A stretch of DNA of 62,845 nt, counting the filler, from Collodictyon triciliatum (lineage: Eukaryota), in the NCBI GenBank assembly GCA_043381765.1. It is 14 parts of 14 records of this genome, joined end to end, with 100 filler letters (N's around TTAATTAATTAA, not from the genome) between each part and the next. Parts side by side here need not be neighbours in the genome. Positions count along the whole stretch, not along the records: positions 40,487 to 44,883 come from JBHJMP010006150.1; positions 44,984 to 49,375 come from JBHJMP010006151.1; positions 49,476 to 53,867 come from JBHJMP010006152.1; positions 53,968 to 58,357 come from JBHJMP010006153.1; 10 more parts are not named here. One strand, 5' to 3'. A program made the position numbers and the translations under genes. How positions within the stretch are numbered: the stretch's first letter is position 1; every line of letters starts with the position of its first letter. Shown piece after piece: positions 40,578-54,366 of the stretch. Under the pieces are notes generated by a model. It did no database searches. It was given only the letters and a program-made list of their open reading frames with translations, and was not told where the DNA came from.

Positions 40578-41318
40578 ATTGCTGATGGAAAACCTGTCCG
40601 CTTAAACGAAAATATCAGCGGTGAGGAGCGTCTCCGCAGACTGAACCGCTTCTACTTTCCCTATCATGATTGTGTTGATAGAGTTCTTGCGCAATTACCT
40701 GACGTTCGCTTCCTGGTCAGTGTGCATTCATACACAAATCTCTATGAAGGCAAGCCACGCGCAGTGCAAGTCGGTGTTTTATTTGATAGGCACGAGGAGG
40801 CAGCACAACAGGTTTGGCAAAAATTAAGAAAATTTAAAATAAGATAAAAGACAAGCAAATTCTAATTTTATCTCTTGCCTTAATTCATGTAATCTTATAT
40901 TTCCAACAGTCCTTTAGCTTTACTACTCTTTGTTATTCGCTTTTGTATTCTCTTTTGTATTAATGCATATTCTTATTTTGGTTTTTTTTATCTGCTTGTC
41001 AACTTCATCATTCCCTGCAAACAAACAATCGCCTGATTAAATGATTGTTTCATTACTATTTTTGCGCTGGCCATCACCCAGATTAATAGGTGGTTTGTAG
41101 AGAAAGGTTACGATTCTAGACTCAACGAACCCTGGAGCGGCAAAGACGGGTTCACCTTCGCCTCGGACAATCACGCCCAGAGACAAGGCAGAGCCGAGGC
41201 AGTGATGGTGGAGGCGAGACAAGATCTGCTGTGTGATGAGGCATGGCAAGCGCGCTTTTGCGATGATTTGTTATCTGCTGTTTCTGAGCAAGTATCAAGA
41301 ATCCGGACCTCAGCATAG
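40578..41318 (+). CDS. N-formylglutamate amidohydrolase (FGase/HutG-like), 3' part, two exons
   Basis: LNENISGEERLRRLNRFYFPYHDCVDRVL...LVSVHSYTNLYEGKPRAVQVGVLFD|...RLNEPWSGKDG...VMVEARQDLL. Intron 40812-41081. Stop TAG at 41316-41318. Missed by the ORF track. Confidence 0.85.
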
Positions 41319-41779
41319 AGCCAAGAATGTTCCGCCCATGCTTCCCACCAAGGAAAACGGCGGGAGATAATGCGACAATCCTGTCCCTGAAGCCAGCGGC
41401 ACCTTGGATCTCAAGAAAGGGAGCTGCAAAGTCACGAATGAGGGGGATTGAAAGAGAAGTTGAAGAATAAATGATATCCCACCAAGCATCACCCTCCCTA
41501 CGTGAGAATTGATGCATTCAGCGGCAGGGCGCACATACATACATGCATACATACATACATACATACATACATACATACATACATACATACATACATACAT
41601 ACATACATACATACATACATACATACATACATACATACATACATACATTACAAACAAGAAGAGCACTTCCACACACACACATACATACTCACACTTCTAT
41701 TTGGCTGTGTGGTTGTTTATTTAGTAACTGTCGCCCTCCATGCATCATTTATGTCGTAGGAATAAAATTGAGATGGAAG

Positions 41780-44708
41780 TTAATCCACTTTAATGTTGCG
41801 GTAGATTCTTGAAGTGAAATTGAACGTGCCGATGTAGCCAATAGTCCCTGTGTTGGGATAAACAAATGAAAGAGATTAAGATATGTATTTGTAAGAAGGG
41901 GGTTTCCGTTTGCCACTCAACATGTCCAGAAATTACCGCACTATTTTCATAAGAAAAAAATGACGAGTAAAAATAAAACCAGCCATTGGCTTTGCATCAC
42001 GCTTACCACAAAGCAAAGCCAGGCCGAAGCAGAATGTGCTGATGTACCCAAAGTAAAAGACTGTCTGAAACAGGCCTGTCATCTTTGTCTTTGTGAAAAA
42101 GTAATAGACCGCATACAGAAAGACATAGAGGGACGTGGACGCTGCCGAGAGGTAGCTCACCCACGGCCACCGGTAATCCTCAGAATTCAAGAGGAAGTAT
42201 GTGCTGACAATCGTGACACAGACCGTCACAATAATCAGGATGATGTAGACAAGCAGCATGAACCCGTACACATAGTAAAACTTGTAGTTCCAGAAGGATG
42301 TGAATATAAAGTACATCTCGATAAAGATTGACCCGAACGGCAGAATCCCACCAGCAAGAATGATGGCCAGTGGATTCAAGTACCTGAAAAAAGTGACAGA
42401 ACGGCATAGAACAAAAAAAAAAAAAAGCCTTAACATACCCTCCACTTCCACGTATATATTAAAATAGCAGAATAAAAGTGATTCGAGAGCTTGCTCGTTT
42501 ACCAAGGCTTGTCGGCTATAGGGCGAGGCATTTGATTGACGCGGCAGGGAAAGTTTGATTGTCCAGAAAGGTTGCGTCCCAAGATGGTTCCACCCACAGT
42601 GAGAGGGAATGCAACTATCGCCCATATCATGAAAATGGCAACCTGATGAGTAGTAGGTGCCCGTTTTGAGTAATTTGCTTGTTTCTTTTATTTTATTTTA
42701 TTTTATTATTTGTTGAAATCAATTGCTTAGGAATAAACTCAAGGTTATTCTTATTATCAACTAGGCATATATTTTCATTGTATGACAGTATTGGTGAGGC
42801 TTTATATTTGGTAATTTTTTTATCTTTTATTTCATTCTCATATCGGTTATCAGTATTATATAATGTTTTCCATGTCCTTTTTTTAAAAAGAAATAATGAT
42901 AACCAAAGTTCCAAAGGGAATTGTGGCGAGCGATTTGTAGGAGAAGGCGACCGAGTTTAGTATGATTCCGATGGCGAGGCAAAAGCCTGGGAAGATGGAG
43001 GCTGTCAACACCAGATTTTTCACCCACTGTTTACCTGCAAGAGAGAGGCCAATCAAGAAATAATTATAATCTTTACTTGGTTAACTTATATTTTACATTA
43101 TTGCGTTGTGCACATCATAAGATTAGAATACATAGGACTCGTATTTTTACAATCCTTATGATAATGTAGCATCAACAACCTTGGTGTTGCATGTAATGTG
43201 AGCCACTTTTATAACCTCCGATGAAGGATGTCAGAGCATAACACACAATAAATGTTGTTGTGATGGAGCCTCGCCTAGAATAAAAAGAAAAATAAGGAAA
43301 GATAAAAGATATCGAGTATAAATAAAAAAATAATTAGAGCGAAGCAAAATAGAAAAAATATTCCTAGTAAAATTTATCAACTCAGACATAAATAGAAAAT
43401 TTTAATGCAGTGTGATATTTACCCTTTGTACAATGTTCCAAATATCGATATCGTGATCACAAGGAACACCAAAAAAACGAGCTGCAGGAAAAGGTATCAA
43501 AAGGAATCAGAATGTAATGCTTTAACAATTAAAAACATATCCATGTTGAAACTAATGAAACATTCCAACCTGGTAGCCCACACCTATGAGGGAGGAGAAC
43601 AAGACAAGGTTTGGCGGAGAGCGGAACACATCTCCATGGATTTGTTTCCATCCACTTTCCTCTACATCCTGATCCTATGGAATAAATGAATTGTTCAATA
43701 TATATGATGAATGATGCGGAAATTTTGCTTTGAAATTCAACCATGGAAATCATCGTGAATGGTACAAACAAGTTCAATTCCATCAGATTCTTGTTTGGAG
43801 TAACGAGCATAGTCCTTCTTTAAAGTTCTCATGAGAATCATCGATACAAGTCCAGCCAAGAATACAACCATCATGAATGAATTGAAAATTGAGAACCAAT
43901 GTATCTAATACGCGATGTAGGATTGAACATTTATTCAAGTTCAGGTATCACGGATACAGGCTTTAGTTGATTACGACTGGATAATGGACAATAAGACCCT
44001 TCAAATTATTGACCTTTTCTTTCTCCCTTCTATATATTCCGGATGTTTATATTTATTTTCTTTTTAATTGTATTTCGGTGGTTTTAGTGTTTTCGGTGTT
44101 TTAGTTGTTTTAGTTATGTTTTGTATATATATGTTCATATTTTTTATGTTCATATTTTTTATGTTCATATTTTTTATGTTCATATTTTTTATGTTCATAT
44201 TTTTTATGTTCATATTTTTTATGTTCATATTTTTTATTATCTCTTTATGTCATAATAGAAGTTTCACTTGGTGTTCAAAGAAATCGTAATCCAGATACTT
44301 TTCGAATCTGTCTTGGAAAGAGGTAGTGACAGGAACCCAATCGACAGAGTAACTTAGGGACATCTCCACACCTTTAGATATCAAAATTGGGTTCTCCGAT
44401 GTCAGGTTCACCTCGATAATCTTAAGGAATATGAATTATTTAGTTATTTAAGGACGAAGTTAAACGATGCATAATATTTTTTTCCTTTATTCGATTCAAA
44501 GTAACGATGCATAATATATGATTATGAAAATGAGAATTAGCTTTCTTATTCAGAGAAGATACGAATGACATTATTTATTGAGAACTTACGCGATCATTAT
44601 TGTAACCAATTGTGAACTTTTTATGTGCGTAAACATAAATACTACTCTCAGGCGAACCATTGTGTAGTGTTGAAACTTCCCCAACCATCCCCCAGATCGG
44701 AAGTTCAT
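41780..44708 (-). CDS. TM9SF3: Transmembrane 9 superfamily member 3 (EMP70/nonaspanin), 5' partial
   Basis: [95 protein letters not shown], ends IYRNIKVD*. Confidence 0.93.
44131..44236. repeat. 15-mer minisatellite (ATGTTCATATTTTTT)n in a TM9SF3 intron
   Basis: About 7 tandem copies. Confidence 0.9.
44478..44502 (-). mobile_element. 25-nt retroelement 3'-end micro-insertion with perfect 15-bp target-site duplication (in a TM9SF3 intron)
   Basis: AACGATGCATAATAT at 44463-44477 and 44503-44517 flanks the insert, which reads ACTTTGAATCGAATAAAGGAAAAAA on the minus strand. Confidence 0.8.
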
Positions 44709-44983
44709 CTGAGGAAAAGTTCAAAACCAACACAATTACCCTGCTGTTGTCTTTTCTTTGTTTTTGTTTTTGTTTTTGTTTTTGTTTTTGTTTTATTTTT
44801 GTTTTATTTTTGTTTTATTTTTGTTTTATTTTTGTTTTATTTTTGTTTTATTTTTGTTTTATTTTTGTTTTATTTTTGTTTTANNNNNNNNNNNNNNNNN
44901 NNNNNNNNNNNNNNNNNNNNNNNNNNNTTAATTAATTAANNNNNNNNNNNNNNNNNNNNNNNNNNNNNNNNNNNNNNNNNNNN

Positions 44984-45133
44984 AGATAAAGATAAAGATA
45001 AAGATAAAGATAAAGATAAAGATAAAGATAAAGATAAAGATAAAGATAAAGATAAAGATAAAGATAAAGATAAAGATAAAGATAAAGATAAAGATAAAGA
45101 TAAAGATAAAGATAAAGATAAAGATAAAGATAA
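44984..45133. repeat. (AGATAA)n microsatellite
   Basis: Seen directly. Confidence 0.95.
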
Positions 45134-45157
45134 AATAAATAATAGAACCCTAGAACC

Positions 45158-46949
45158 TTTCATTTGCCTGGCTTCAGGTGAGGTAAGGACTCCAGGAATA
45201 TTCTAAATATTGACATTTCGTTATGTAAGTAACCAAAAAGACAAGGAATATAGAAATCGAATAAACTCAAACAGCAATATTAATAATTAACCCAAAGAGT
45301 ACTAAATGTAGAAAAAGGTATCTCACTTAATTGAAAAAAATACCGATATTTCTTCATAGCCGTCTGCGTTTGTTGAGAGCGATGATGTATATGAATAAAG
45401 CTGTGTGAAATATTCTTTTGATCTACATAAATTTCAAAGAACATTGTTAAAAAAAAAAAGAAAGGGGAAAAGCTTTGAAAAGAAAAAAAGAAGGAAAACG
45501 CTAGGAACATCAAATATAAAAGCAGAATAGTTAGCCTAATTTAAGAAAGCAAACTTCAAAGAATAAGCTATCATCGACCCGGGCTCATCTTCAAAGACCT
45601 CAATTATCGTATTTCCAATACCAGGTGTCAACCAGAGATGACCCAGGGCGTGTTCATCCAGACTATTAAAAAAAAAAAGTATAAAAGTCATGCAAGCAGA
45701 TTAAAAAAAAATAATTATGCTCAAAAAGGAATAAAAAGGGGAAATATTATCAAAATAATAACAAGGTTCAAGTATGAATTATTTCCCTCACAACTCTAGG
45801 TCGAATATTTTGTTCATAGACAAGGTTGTGAAAAGCCCAGTAAGTGTATCTGATATGGCAGGTGTTTGTGTCCTGGAGTTTGGTTTGTTTGAATGGCCAC
45901 TCAAAATGAAGTCAGATCGAGCAGGTTTGCTTCTATTCGCTGAAGACGCAGATATTTTCGGTATATTGGCATCTTCGTATGTTTTGCTTGGCGAACGCGA
46001 TAGAGATGGATATCCTTGTTTCTTTTCTGGAGGTGTCCCAACAAGAACGTTTTCCATTCGAAGATATTTTTTTCGATTTGGAGACGTTGATAGAATAGCT
46101 GAGATTCCGGAGGATGGGTCGGGTGTAATAACGCCCACAGAATGGAAGCGATATTGTGCATATGCCTGTAGACACGAAAAGTTTAAACATTCGAATAAAA
46201 GAGAAAGAAAAAATATTCTAGAGATTATAGCATTCAGAATTACGTGGAGATGTGATGGAATTGGTGGCGAGTCACCAATTAGAGGTGCCATAAATATGTT
46301 CTCGTGGGATGCATCGATTAGTTGATTTGGATTATCAGTGGCCATTTTTTTGTTAAGAGACAAATATAGCTGAAAATATGACATGCTCCATTTTGATACA
46401 CTGTCCAGCAAATCCCTTGTTATGTTTAGAGTAGTAAGGCATAGGAGCGAAAGGAATATGCTCAAATTCAAATATGCAAGAATATGTATATGTATATAGT
46501 AGATGAAATGTAAAATAACCATGAAATGACTATATAATTGACGTAAGTATTATTAGAAAAGAAAGAAGAAAATTCTTGAATTACTTTTTGACGCTATTAA
46601 GAGGGAAAAATTCGGAAGAATTCTTGCTCTCAGTGACCCTCTTTTGAAATTCAGATATATCAGAGCGAAATGGTTTCTTGAATTCCTAATGTGTGATTTG
46701 TTTTTAAATTAAATAGCTAAAATAAAATTGGAACCAATCAAAACTGTTTTTTTACGGCTTTTACAGAACCTCAATCTGCAACTGTTCTTCAGGTAAGTGG
46801 TGTGATGATTCAAGTTGAGATAATTTCAATGATACTTCTTGATAAACCTGGTAAAAAAAATTGAGTGTGTATTTGTAAAGAAACATACATACATACATAC
46901 ATACATACATACATACATACATACATACATACATACATACATACATACA

Positions 46950-46981
<32 letters not shown>

Positions 46982-49080
46982 AAAAAATAGAAAGCATTGT
47001 AAATTTCACCAAATTCGGGTTACAAAACATTCCACACTAAAAAGTGAATAGTAGCAATTTTAACTCTCCTAAAATTACTTCCATTATTTTAATGAATATA
47101 ATAACATATGGTACCTTTTCAATTATTTGAGTGACAGATTTTTCTATTAGGTCACGAAATGATTTTTGTTTTTCATGTTTGTACTTTAATGTCAAACCAG
47201 GAGGACATATCTTTGATAGAATAATATTCTCTGTCTGAAAAACAGCAATCTAAGATAAAATTTAACTTCAGATGGGAAAAATAACAATTATATATTTGTA
47301 GACTGATATCCAGATGGGCAACAAATTGACATTTGAATATTTTTTTTATCAGCAGTAACTCTTGTAGTTTGAACCCTACCATATTGTTGAATCTAAAGTA
47401 GATTGAGTAGTTTTGCATGAAAGAATGGTTGCAGCTTCGGTTAATGGCCAGAACCTCTTTATTGTAAAACAGAGTCTCCAGAAATTTCCCAAAGGAAAAC
47501 ATGTAGCTCTCTAATTTTAATGGATTTACATTATTTATTTATTTAAAAAAACGTATAAATCAACAACATGGAGCTTGAACATGTAAATTTTCGAAAGAAA
47601 ATGAACGATTGTATGCATGACCAAAATATAAACATACCATCCGATAGCGGGCTCCAGTGGTTATATGAGCTGCATATCTTACAAATAGAACTTACGTAAA
47701 GAATGTCGTCATGGACAATCGTTTCAAAAAGACTAACACCAATATTAACACGCGTTGTATTGTGAATAAAACTTCGGGTGTGGAGAAATATACTTTTTCC
47801 ACATGCAGCTTTCTTACAATACATTTCAGATATGAAGCAATTATCTCGTAAATAATCTCCAAGACACATATCCTATTAAAATGAAAAAAAGTATAAAAAT
47901 GCAGAAACACCGATATTTAATGGAACGTTGAAGAAAGCATTTTCTTAATAGGATGGAATTGATAAGAAAAGCATAATCACAAGGTCTTACTGAGTTTGTA
48001 TAGTAAGCAATTGAAAGAATACGAGGCTCTTCACAAATCATGGGTGGGTCGTTGCAACAACTCGATACTATCAAAGAAATGCCTTGGTGGTCCAAAACTG
48101 TAGCTCCGTGTGAAGTGTCGTTCTTACAAACAAAATAGCGGAGGTATTCGTCTGCATCCAAAGAAATATCTCTATCACAAATCAGTGTCCCATCGTGTCG
48201 ATTCCAGGCATCGTACAGTATTTGCTCGATTGTTGCCTCATTTGAAGACATTTTCCAAATCCCGATGTCCTCTGGTTGCAAGGGAAACTGTATTCCTACT
48301 GAAAGAGGCGTCACAGACCCTTGAATACGTTTTGTTGAGGGAGAAACGGGCACTCTTGGGCTAACAGTAGCGCTAATATCACTGATAAAAGCAGTTTCCA
48401 GGACAGCATTTCTGATGGCGTAAATGGCAAACTAAAATGTTTCATCCAGTTTTCTTTTTAGAATATAACTATGTAAAGGATGTGATAACTCAAAATTATT
48501 TTTCCAAGGAATCCAGTGATGCAATAATATGTATGTGACATGAACGGGTGATCAAAAAACTCTCCATAGACCTACCAAAAGGTATGCTTTGAGGATTCTT
48601 AGATTCTCAAGTGATTCTCCTCGTAGGATTATGGAGCAATCAAGGTTTGTAATGCACCCATCCAGAAACATTAGTGGTTTCTTTTCCCCATTTTCGCATT
48701 TGAAAGTCTGGATATAGAAGGAAGAGCATCCAACGCGAGCGCTCTCTTTGATATCATCTAGTTCATTCACAAAATATCATAGTTATAAGAGACATAATGA
48801 AAGCATGAACCAGCGATGAGAATAGCTTCCAAGACAAGAACTTTTGATAGAGCATATTAATGTGATAGCAGCATAAATGATTACCAATAGAACCAAGCAG
48901 TTCAATATTAAGCGACCTTGACAGCCTCTCCATTAGTTTTTGCTTGATATTTAACGACAAGGTAATCCCTTCGTTTAGAATGAAATCCTGCGCCACCCGA
49001 GAGACAGACTTTTCCACAAGCACAAGGTCGGGTCTTCGATTTGAGATTTTCATGACCTGCATTTTAAGGTACTCGCGCTC
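45158..49080 (-). CDS. FAB1: 1-phosphatidylinositol 3-phosphate 5-kinase FAB1/PIKfyve, internal part (CCT-like and CCR regions)
   Basis: EREYLKMQVMKISNRRPDLVLVEKSVSRVAQDFIL, KKPLMFLDGC...CSIILRG, DHQGISL, IAYYTNS|DMCLGDYL, SYMFSFGKFLETLF, VFEDEPGSMIAYSL. Confidence 0.9.
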
Positions 49081-50653
49081 CTATACAAATGAGGGTTTCG
49101 TCATTCATGGGCAGTATAAGCATCATACTATCTATTTTAAGTAAGTTTTACATTACGTTTACACATAAGATGATATCTGATGAGATATTGATGTATATTC
49201 ATGCATTAATTCACATAAAGGGTTTACTTATTTATTTTATATACTATTAACGTAATCAATTTAATTTATTCTTGTCTTTCTTTTCTTTTTCTTTTCTTTT
49301 TCTTTTCTTTTTCTTTTCTTTTTCTTTTCTTTTTCTTTTCTTTTTCTTTTCTTTTTCTTTTCTTTTTCTTTTCTTNNNNNNNNNNNNNNNNNNNNNNNNN
49401 NNNNNNNNNNNNNNNNNNNTTAATTAATTAANNNNNNNNNNNNNNNNNNNNNNNNNNNNNNNNNNNNNNNNNNNNATGTATGTATGTATGTATGTATGTA
49501 TGTATGTATGTATGTATGTATGTATGTATGTATGTATGTATGTATGTATGTATGTATGTATGTATGTATGTATGTATGATTTAGGGTTATCAATTGTCTC
49601 ATCTTTTCATGCCATTAAAGCAAGCTGGTTCATGGGATTTTCTATTTCAAGGAGTGACATCCCTGACACTAATGCCCCAGAGAACCTATTTTATTCAAAT
49701 CGCAGGAGAGAGCTTCATATCATAGATGAGAGTTTACCTTACAATACTCTAAATAAGTAATAAAAAAAATTGATAGGGAAGTGTTCATTCAGCACGAAAA
49801 ATTATATTACAAATATGATTGACAGTAAAATTGATTATATACACAGAATTACCGACGAAAAAAACGCTCACACTTATATCCGGATGCTTTTTTGAAGTAA
49901 AATTAAAGGGTCTCACCAAAATATCATACGCTCCCTTCTTTTTTCTTTTTTTAAAAAAAATTGAGATTGTTAATTATCACATGTGCCTTAGTTTCCAATA
50001 AAATAACATAACATAAAATAAAATAGTTTTCAATAAAATAAAATAAAATAATTTATAAAGCAGCGGGAAAAATTGCGAATTTTTTTTTTTTCTGTCGTGG
50101 CTACAGGTATAATCAACCAAAGAAGCGATCTGTTATGAGCATCAAGCGTAATTTAAAGGGAAAATGAGTCTCAATATGAAAGTCAAAATTAAAGAAAATA
50201 CACACACGATTCCAATTGAAACAAAACCATGCTAGATTATGAATCAATAATTATTTTAAATGATTCGAAATGCATTTGACAAGCATATATAAAACCTATA
50301 CATAGAGAAAGGACAATGAAAAAAAAACAGAGTTCTCACGCACCCACGTAATATAATTTAAAATTATCTCTGTTCACAGGTTACAAACATGTCTAAACTT
50401 TTAATTGATTTTTATGTCTCAATAGTGAATAAATAAATAATTTATGAATGACATAATCGCAACTATTATCATCTAGAGAAGCACAGGAGAGTAAAAGTTT
50501 ATGGGTATATTTTGATGACTTTGGGTCCAAAGACATTTAGTTTATCTACACGTGCGCAAGGAAAATGAAATCAATCAAAGGTCAAGCATGCAATCGATGA
50601 ACGGAAATGCACAATTAATGCTATGATATAGAAATAAGTTACTTAGTTCCATC

Positions 50654-53600
50654 CTATTTAGTATCTAAAATGGATATGCCGTCGTAATTGGGACTTGTCA
50701 CAATCTCCAAGATTCTATAGGCTGTGGTATCATCGTTGTGGCAAACGTAATCTCGAAGTTGGTCGATAGCAAGCAGCTTCATATCTTGTGATTTCAGATG
50801 AATATTTTGGATATTATCAAGAGCAGCCCTCCTTTTATCAATAGATGCACGGCTCGCATCAGACTTGTAGTAATCTATAGACCCCATAACTTCGTAGATT
50901 TTAATTGAGCCCATTCTGTAATCAATATTGAATCGTATTTAGGTAACGCACTTCAAACTCGTTCTCAGGAATTATTGGGAAACTAATTATTTTGAAATGA
51001 TATATCATACCTCCCCTTTACAACGACAGATTCTAATGGTCTGCATATGAAAAGTTCTTTAACTCGCTCATAAGTTACTTCACTGATGAGAATCTCTGTG
51101 TCATATCGTTTATTTAGACCCTCCAGCCTATAAAATTATAATATTTAATTTACGGAGATACAAAAATAATGTAAAAAATCGGTCTCGAAAATTAGTTCAT
51201 CTGGAAAACCCATACAGAAGATAATATGCTTTTGCCGTATAACAGGTAAAAAAAATAATACACATTCTCTGCAAACCTAGATGCAAGATTTACAGCATCG
51301 CCCACAGCTCCGTACTTCATCCGATTTGAAGACCCGATGTTTCCGACAAGAACCTCACCTGTGTGGATTCCTATCCGCATTTCAAGACCCTCTCGAATAT
51401 ATCCGTTTGAAATCCATTTGCTATTTAAAATCCTTAGAGCTTCCTGTTATTGGAATTAATTATGTTTTTCTTCGTGAAATCCACGCTATCATTCACATGT
51501 TGAAATGAATTTGATATACATATAAGTGGTAAATGAAACAAAATGATTATGAAAAACCGATTGCAAGAGCGCTGTTTTGATTGCAGCTGCCTCATGATGG
51601 GCTACTGGTATCGGAGAGTTCCAAAATGACTAAAATAAAATCAATTTTAATTTTATGCACTCCAGAGACTCCCTTAATTAAAGGTTCTATTTGTCAAATC
51701 ACTCAAAAATACAAGAGTTTTCTTGAGTTTTGATTGCTTCGTAAATGTAAAAGTGAATATACCATTATCCCATCCCCAATAAAATCACAGATAACCCCAT
51801 CTGACTGTGACACCAAGGAGGCCATCATTTCGAGATACTCTGATAGAAGGTTCAAAAGAGTATCCATAGGCAATGATTCTGCAAGAGATGTGAACCCTTT
51901 CAAATCTACCCACGATAGGTGAATAAAAATTCAGTGAACATGTATTTGAATACTGTTAATGATTTGTAAGTTTCATTTTCTCTTATCTATGAGCTTAAAT
52001 AATGTAAGATATTGGAGCAAAAAGTAATGTTTTTATCAAAAATATTGCCCACAAATAGGTTTGTTTGTGTTTCCTTCAGGGTAAGTTAAGTATATTGCAA
52101 ATACCAGAGAACATCAACGTCAGCGTCTTGCGCTCCACGTATAAGCCATGAGCGATTGTAGAGCTATTCATTATTCTTCTCACAACCGCCATGGGAACAA
52201 ACTTTCCGAATGATTGCAGAGCGGCATTCATCACCTTTTATATAAAAATAAACACGCCATTAGTCATAATTTCATCATCCAATATGTAAATTCAAGGAGC
52301 ACACAAAAGATGATATAAAACCTGGAATGAAGACTGAATCATTCGAATTTCTCGCATAGTAGAGCTCGAGTCTCCCTATGAATTTATTAGGTTTATTCTT
52401 TTATGGATTAAAGTGTATATAATTCATGATAAGTTGAAGCATTTTCAATAAAAGTATTTATGAATTGTGTACTTTCTTCACTTACTGATGACTTTTCTAC
52501 GAAATCTAACTTGGATATATTTTGCATGGCATCTGCGACAACATTTAGAGGCCTAATATTTCCATAAGAAAAATTACATAATCCATTTCCTTTTCTCCTC
52601 CTTCCTCACTCTTACCTGCTGATGTATGTCGACACAACCATCGTGATGATAAGCGTGACAACAAAGAGTGCTGCCGTAAGCGAAGATGAGAGCACAATCA
52701 TGCTGTCTACCTTCGAGAAGATGTCGCTGCGTGGAATCAGGATGACGACGGTCTAGGCCATAACCACTTGTAGTTACTTATCAAACACAGCAAAGAAAAT
52801 GGTACTGTCGATCTAATATAATGCAGAATCATCCACTTTTAGTTGCATGGCATTATAATATGCACCCATTCTATTCCGCCTCTTGGGTCAACCAATGTGG
52901 ATGCGAATGTCAGATACTCCTTGTCGCCTTTGTATGTAGAAAAAGATCGGATGCCGTTGATTGGCTCAAGCTCTGCTTTAGAGTCTTTGGCAAGTTTCTG
53001 AATGATAGGACATGCAGTTCAGTCTTATTTAGAAAGATAACAAGAGGCGGAACTCATTCGATATTCTGTTGAATAGAGCAATGTGTCGCATAAATGGATA
53101 CTGCACTCACATCTGCTGACTTTATCATGAGTTTGTTGTTGGAGTCCTTGTAGGAAACCATATTGCCGTCCTTGTCTGCGATGGGGACCCCTAGCGTACT
53201 TGCGATGATTTTGCCGTCCTACAGTGCCGGATGGCGAGTGCCAATCCGTTATATTGAGCTGTTTACGGGTGCATGTATTGAGCAAGTATAACTTCCAGCA
53301 TGCGAGATACCGAACCTTTTGCAGAATATAGGCGTATCCGTTGTCGCTTGTCTTGATGCTTTTCAGCTTGGCTTGTACCAGATTGAGGTTCATCTCAGCG
53401 CCAGCGACACCGATGATTTTATCTGCATCGATGCGAGGGAAATCTTAATACAGCACGTATAGTAGCGCATGATATATCGACTTCAATCCATTTTTGAGTG
53501 ACGATATGTCGAAGCTGCTGCGCTTGTTTGTTTATACACATATATGCGATATTGTCTGTAGAATTTTATTTTTACTCTTTTTGATATCGCTGTAGATCGG

Positions 53601-53697
53601 ACGCACAGCAGCTACAGCCAGCACTATGCCTCCAGCTGTAAATGAGGAGTAGACGGGACTCCATGTTGGGTTGTTCTTTGCGACAGCAGCTCTGTAC
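50654..53697 (-). CDS. Receptor-type class III nucleotidyl cyclase: dCache-like sensor, TM, HAMP, catalytic domain (5' partial)
   Basis: YRAAVAKNNPTWSPVY...IIGVAGAEMNL...NGYAYIL (Cache), TM helix, RPLNVVADAMQNI (HAMP), [75 protein letters not shown]. Confidence 0.92.
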
Positions 53698-53774
53698 CTT
53701 TTCAATGATGCAACTTGTTAAGCTTCTATGAACCGACTTCTATGGATGACTTATGGGTGCCTACCATAAAAAAA

Positions 53775-53866
<92 letters not shown>

Positions 53867-53967
53867 ANNNNNNNNNNNNNNNNNNNNNNNNNNNNNNNNN
53901 NNNNNNNNNNNTTAATTAATTAANNNNNNNNNNNNNNNNNNNNNNNNNNNNNNNNNNNNNNNNNNNN

Positions 53968-54366
53968 GTCTTCTCTTTAGTTGGGTTTGCTGTCTGGTTC
54001 GGACTTGGACAAACGACAATTGAGGACAATTTCGAGCTTTCCTACTATGGGGTAAGCAATACATCATGAATTATATTATAGAATACTAACACGACTTATT
54101 CTCACTAAAGAAAGACGCTTCGCTCATTAACGCACTTACTTAGTGTAAAAACGCCCTGAGTGTCTTTTTTCTTTTATTTTTTTTTATTAAATTACCTTGT
54201 TTATATTCCTAAAACCATGTCACCTGAAAACAAACTCTCCGCAGTACGACCTTACCGAGGTGCTGCCTGGATACTCTGCCATTCTCCTGGTGGTTATCTT
54301 CACCTCTCTCTCATTTCCACTGGTGTGATGTTTCTCTTCCGCAAGGGTGGCGAGGTTGCTCTATAA
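53968..54366 (+). CDS. 3' end of a small multipass membrane protein (claudin/tetraspan-like, uncertain)
   Basis: LLSLVGFAVWFGLG...YYG|YDLTEVLPGYSAILLVVIFTSLISTGVMFLFRKGGEVAL*; GT-AG intron at about 54052-54244. Confidence 0.55.

Noticed and set aside
45254-45266. AAATCGAATAAA partial match to the retroelement 3' motif (also about 46190)
   Set aside because: A short match in AT-rich introns with no convincing TSD.
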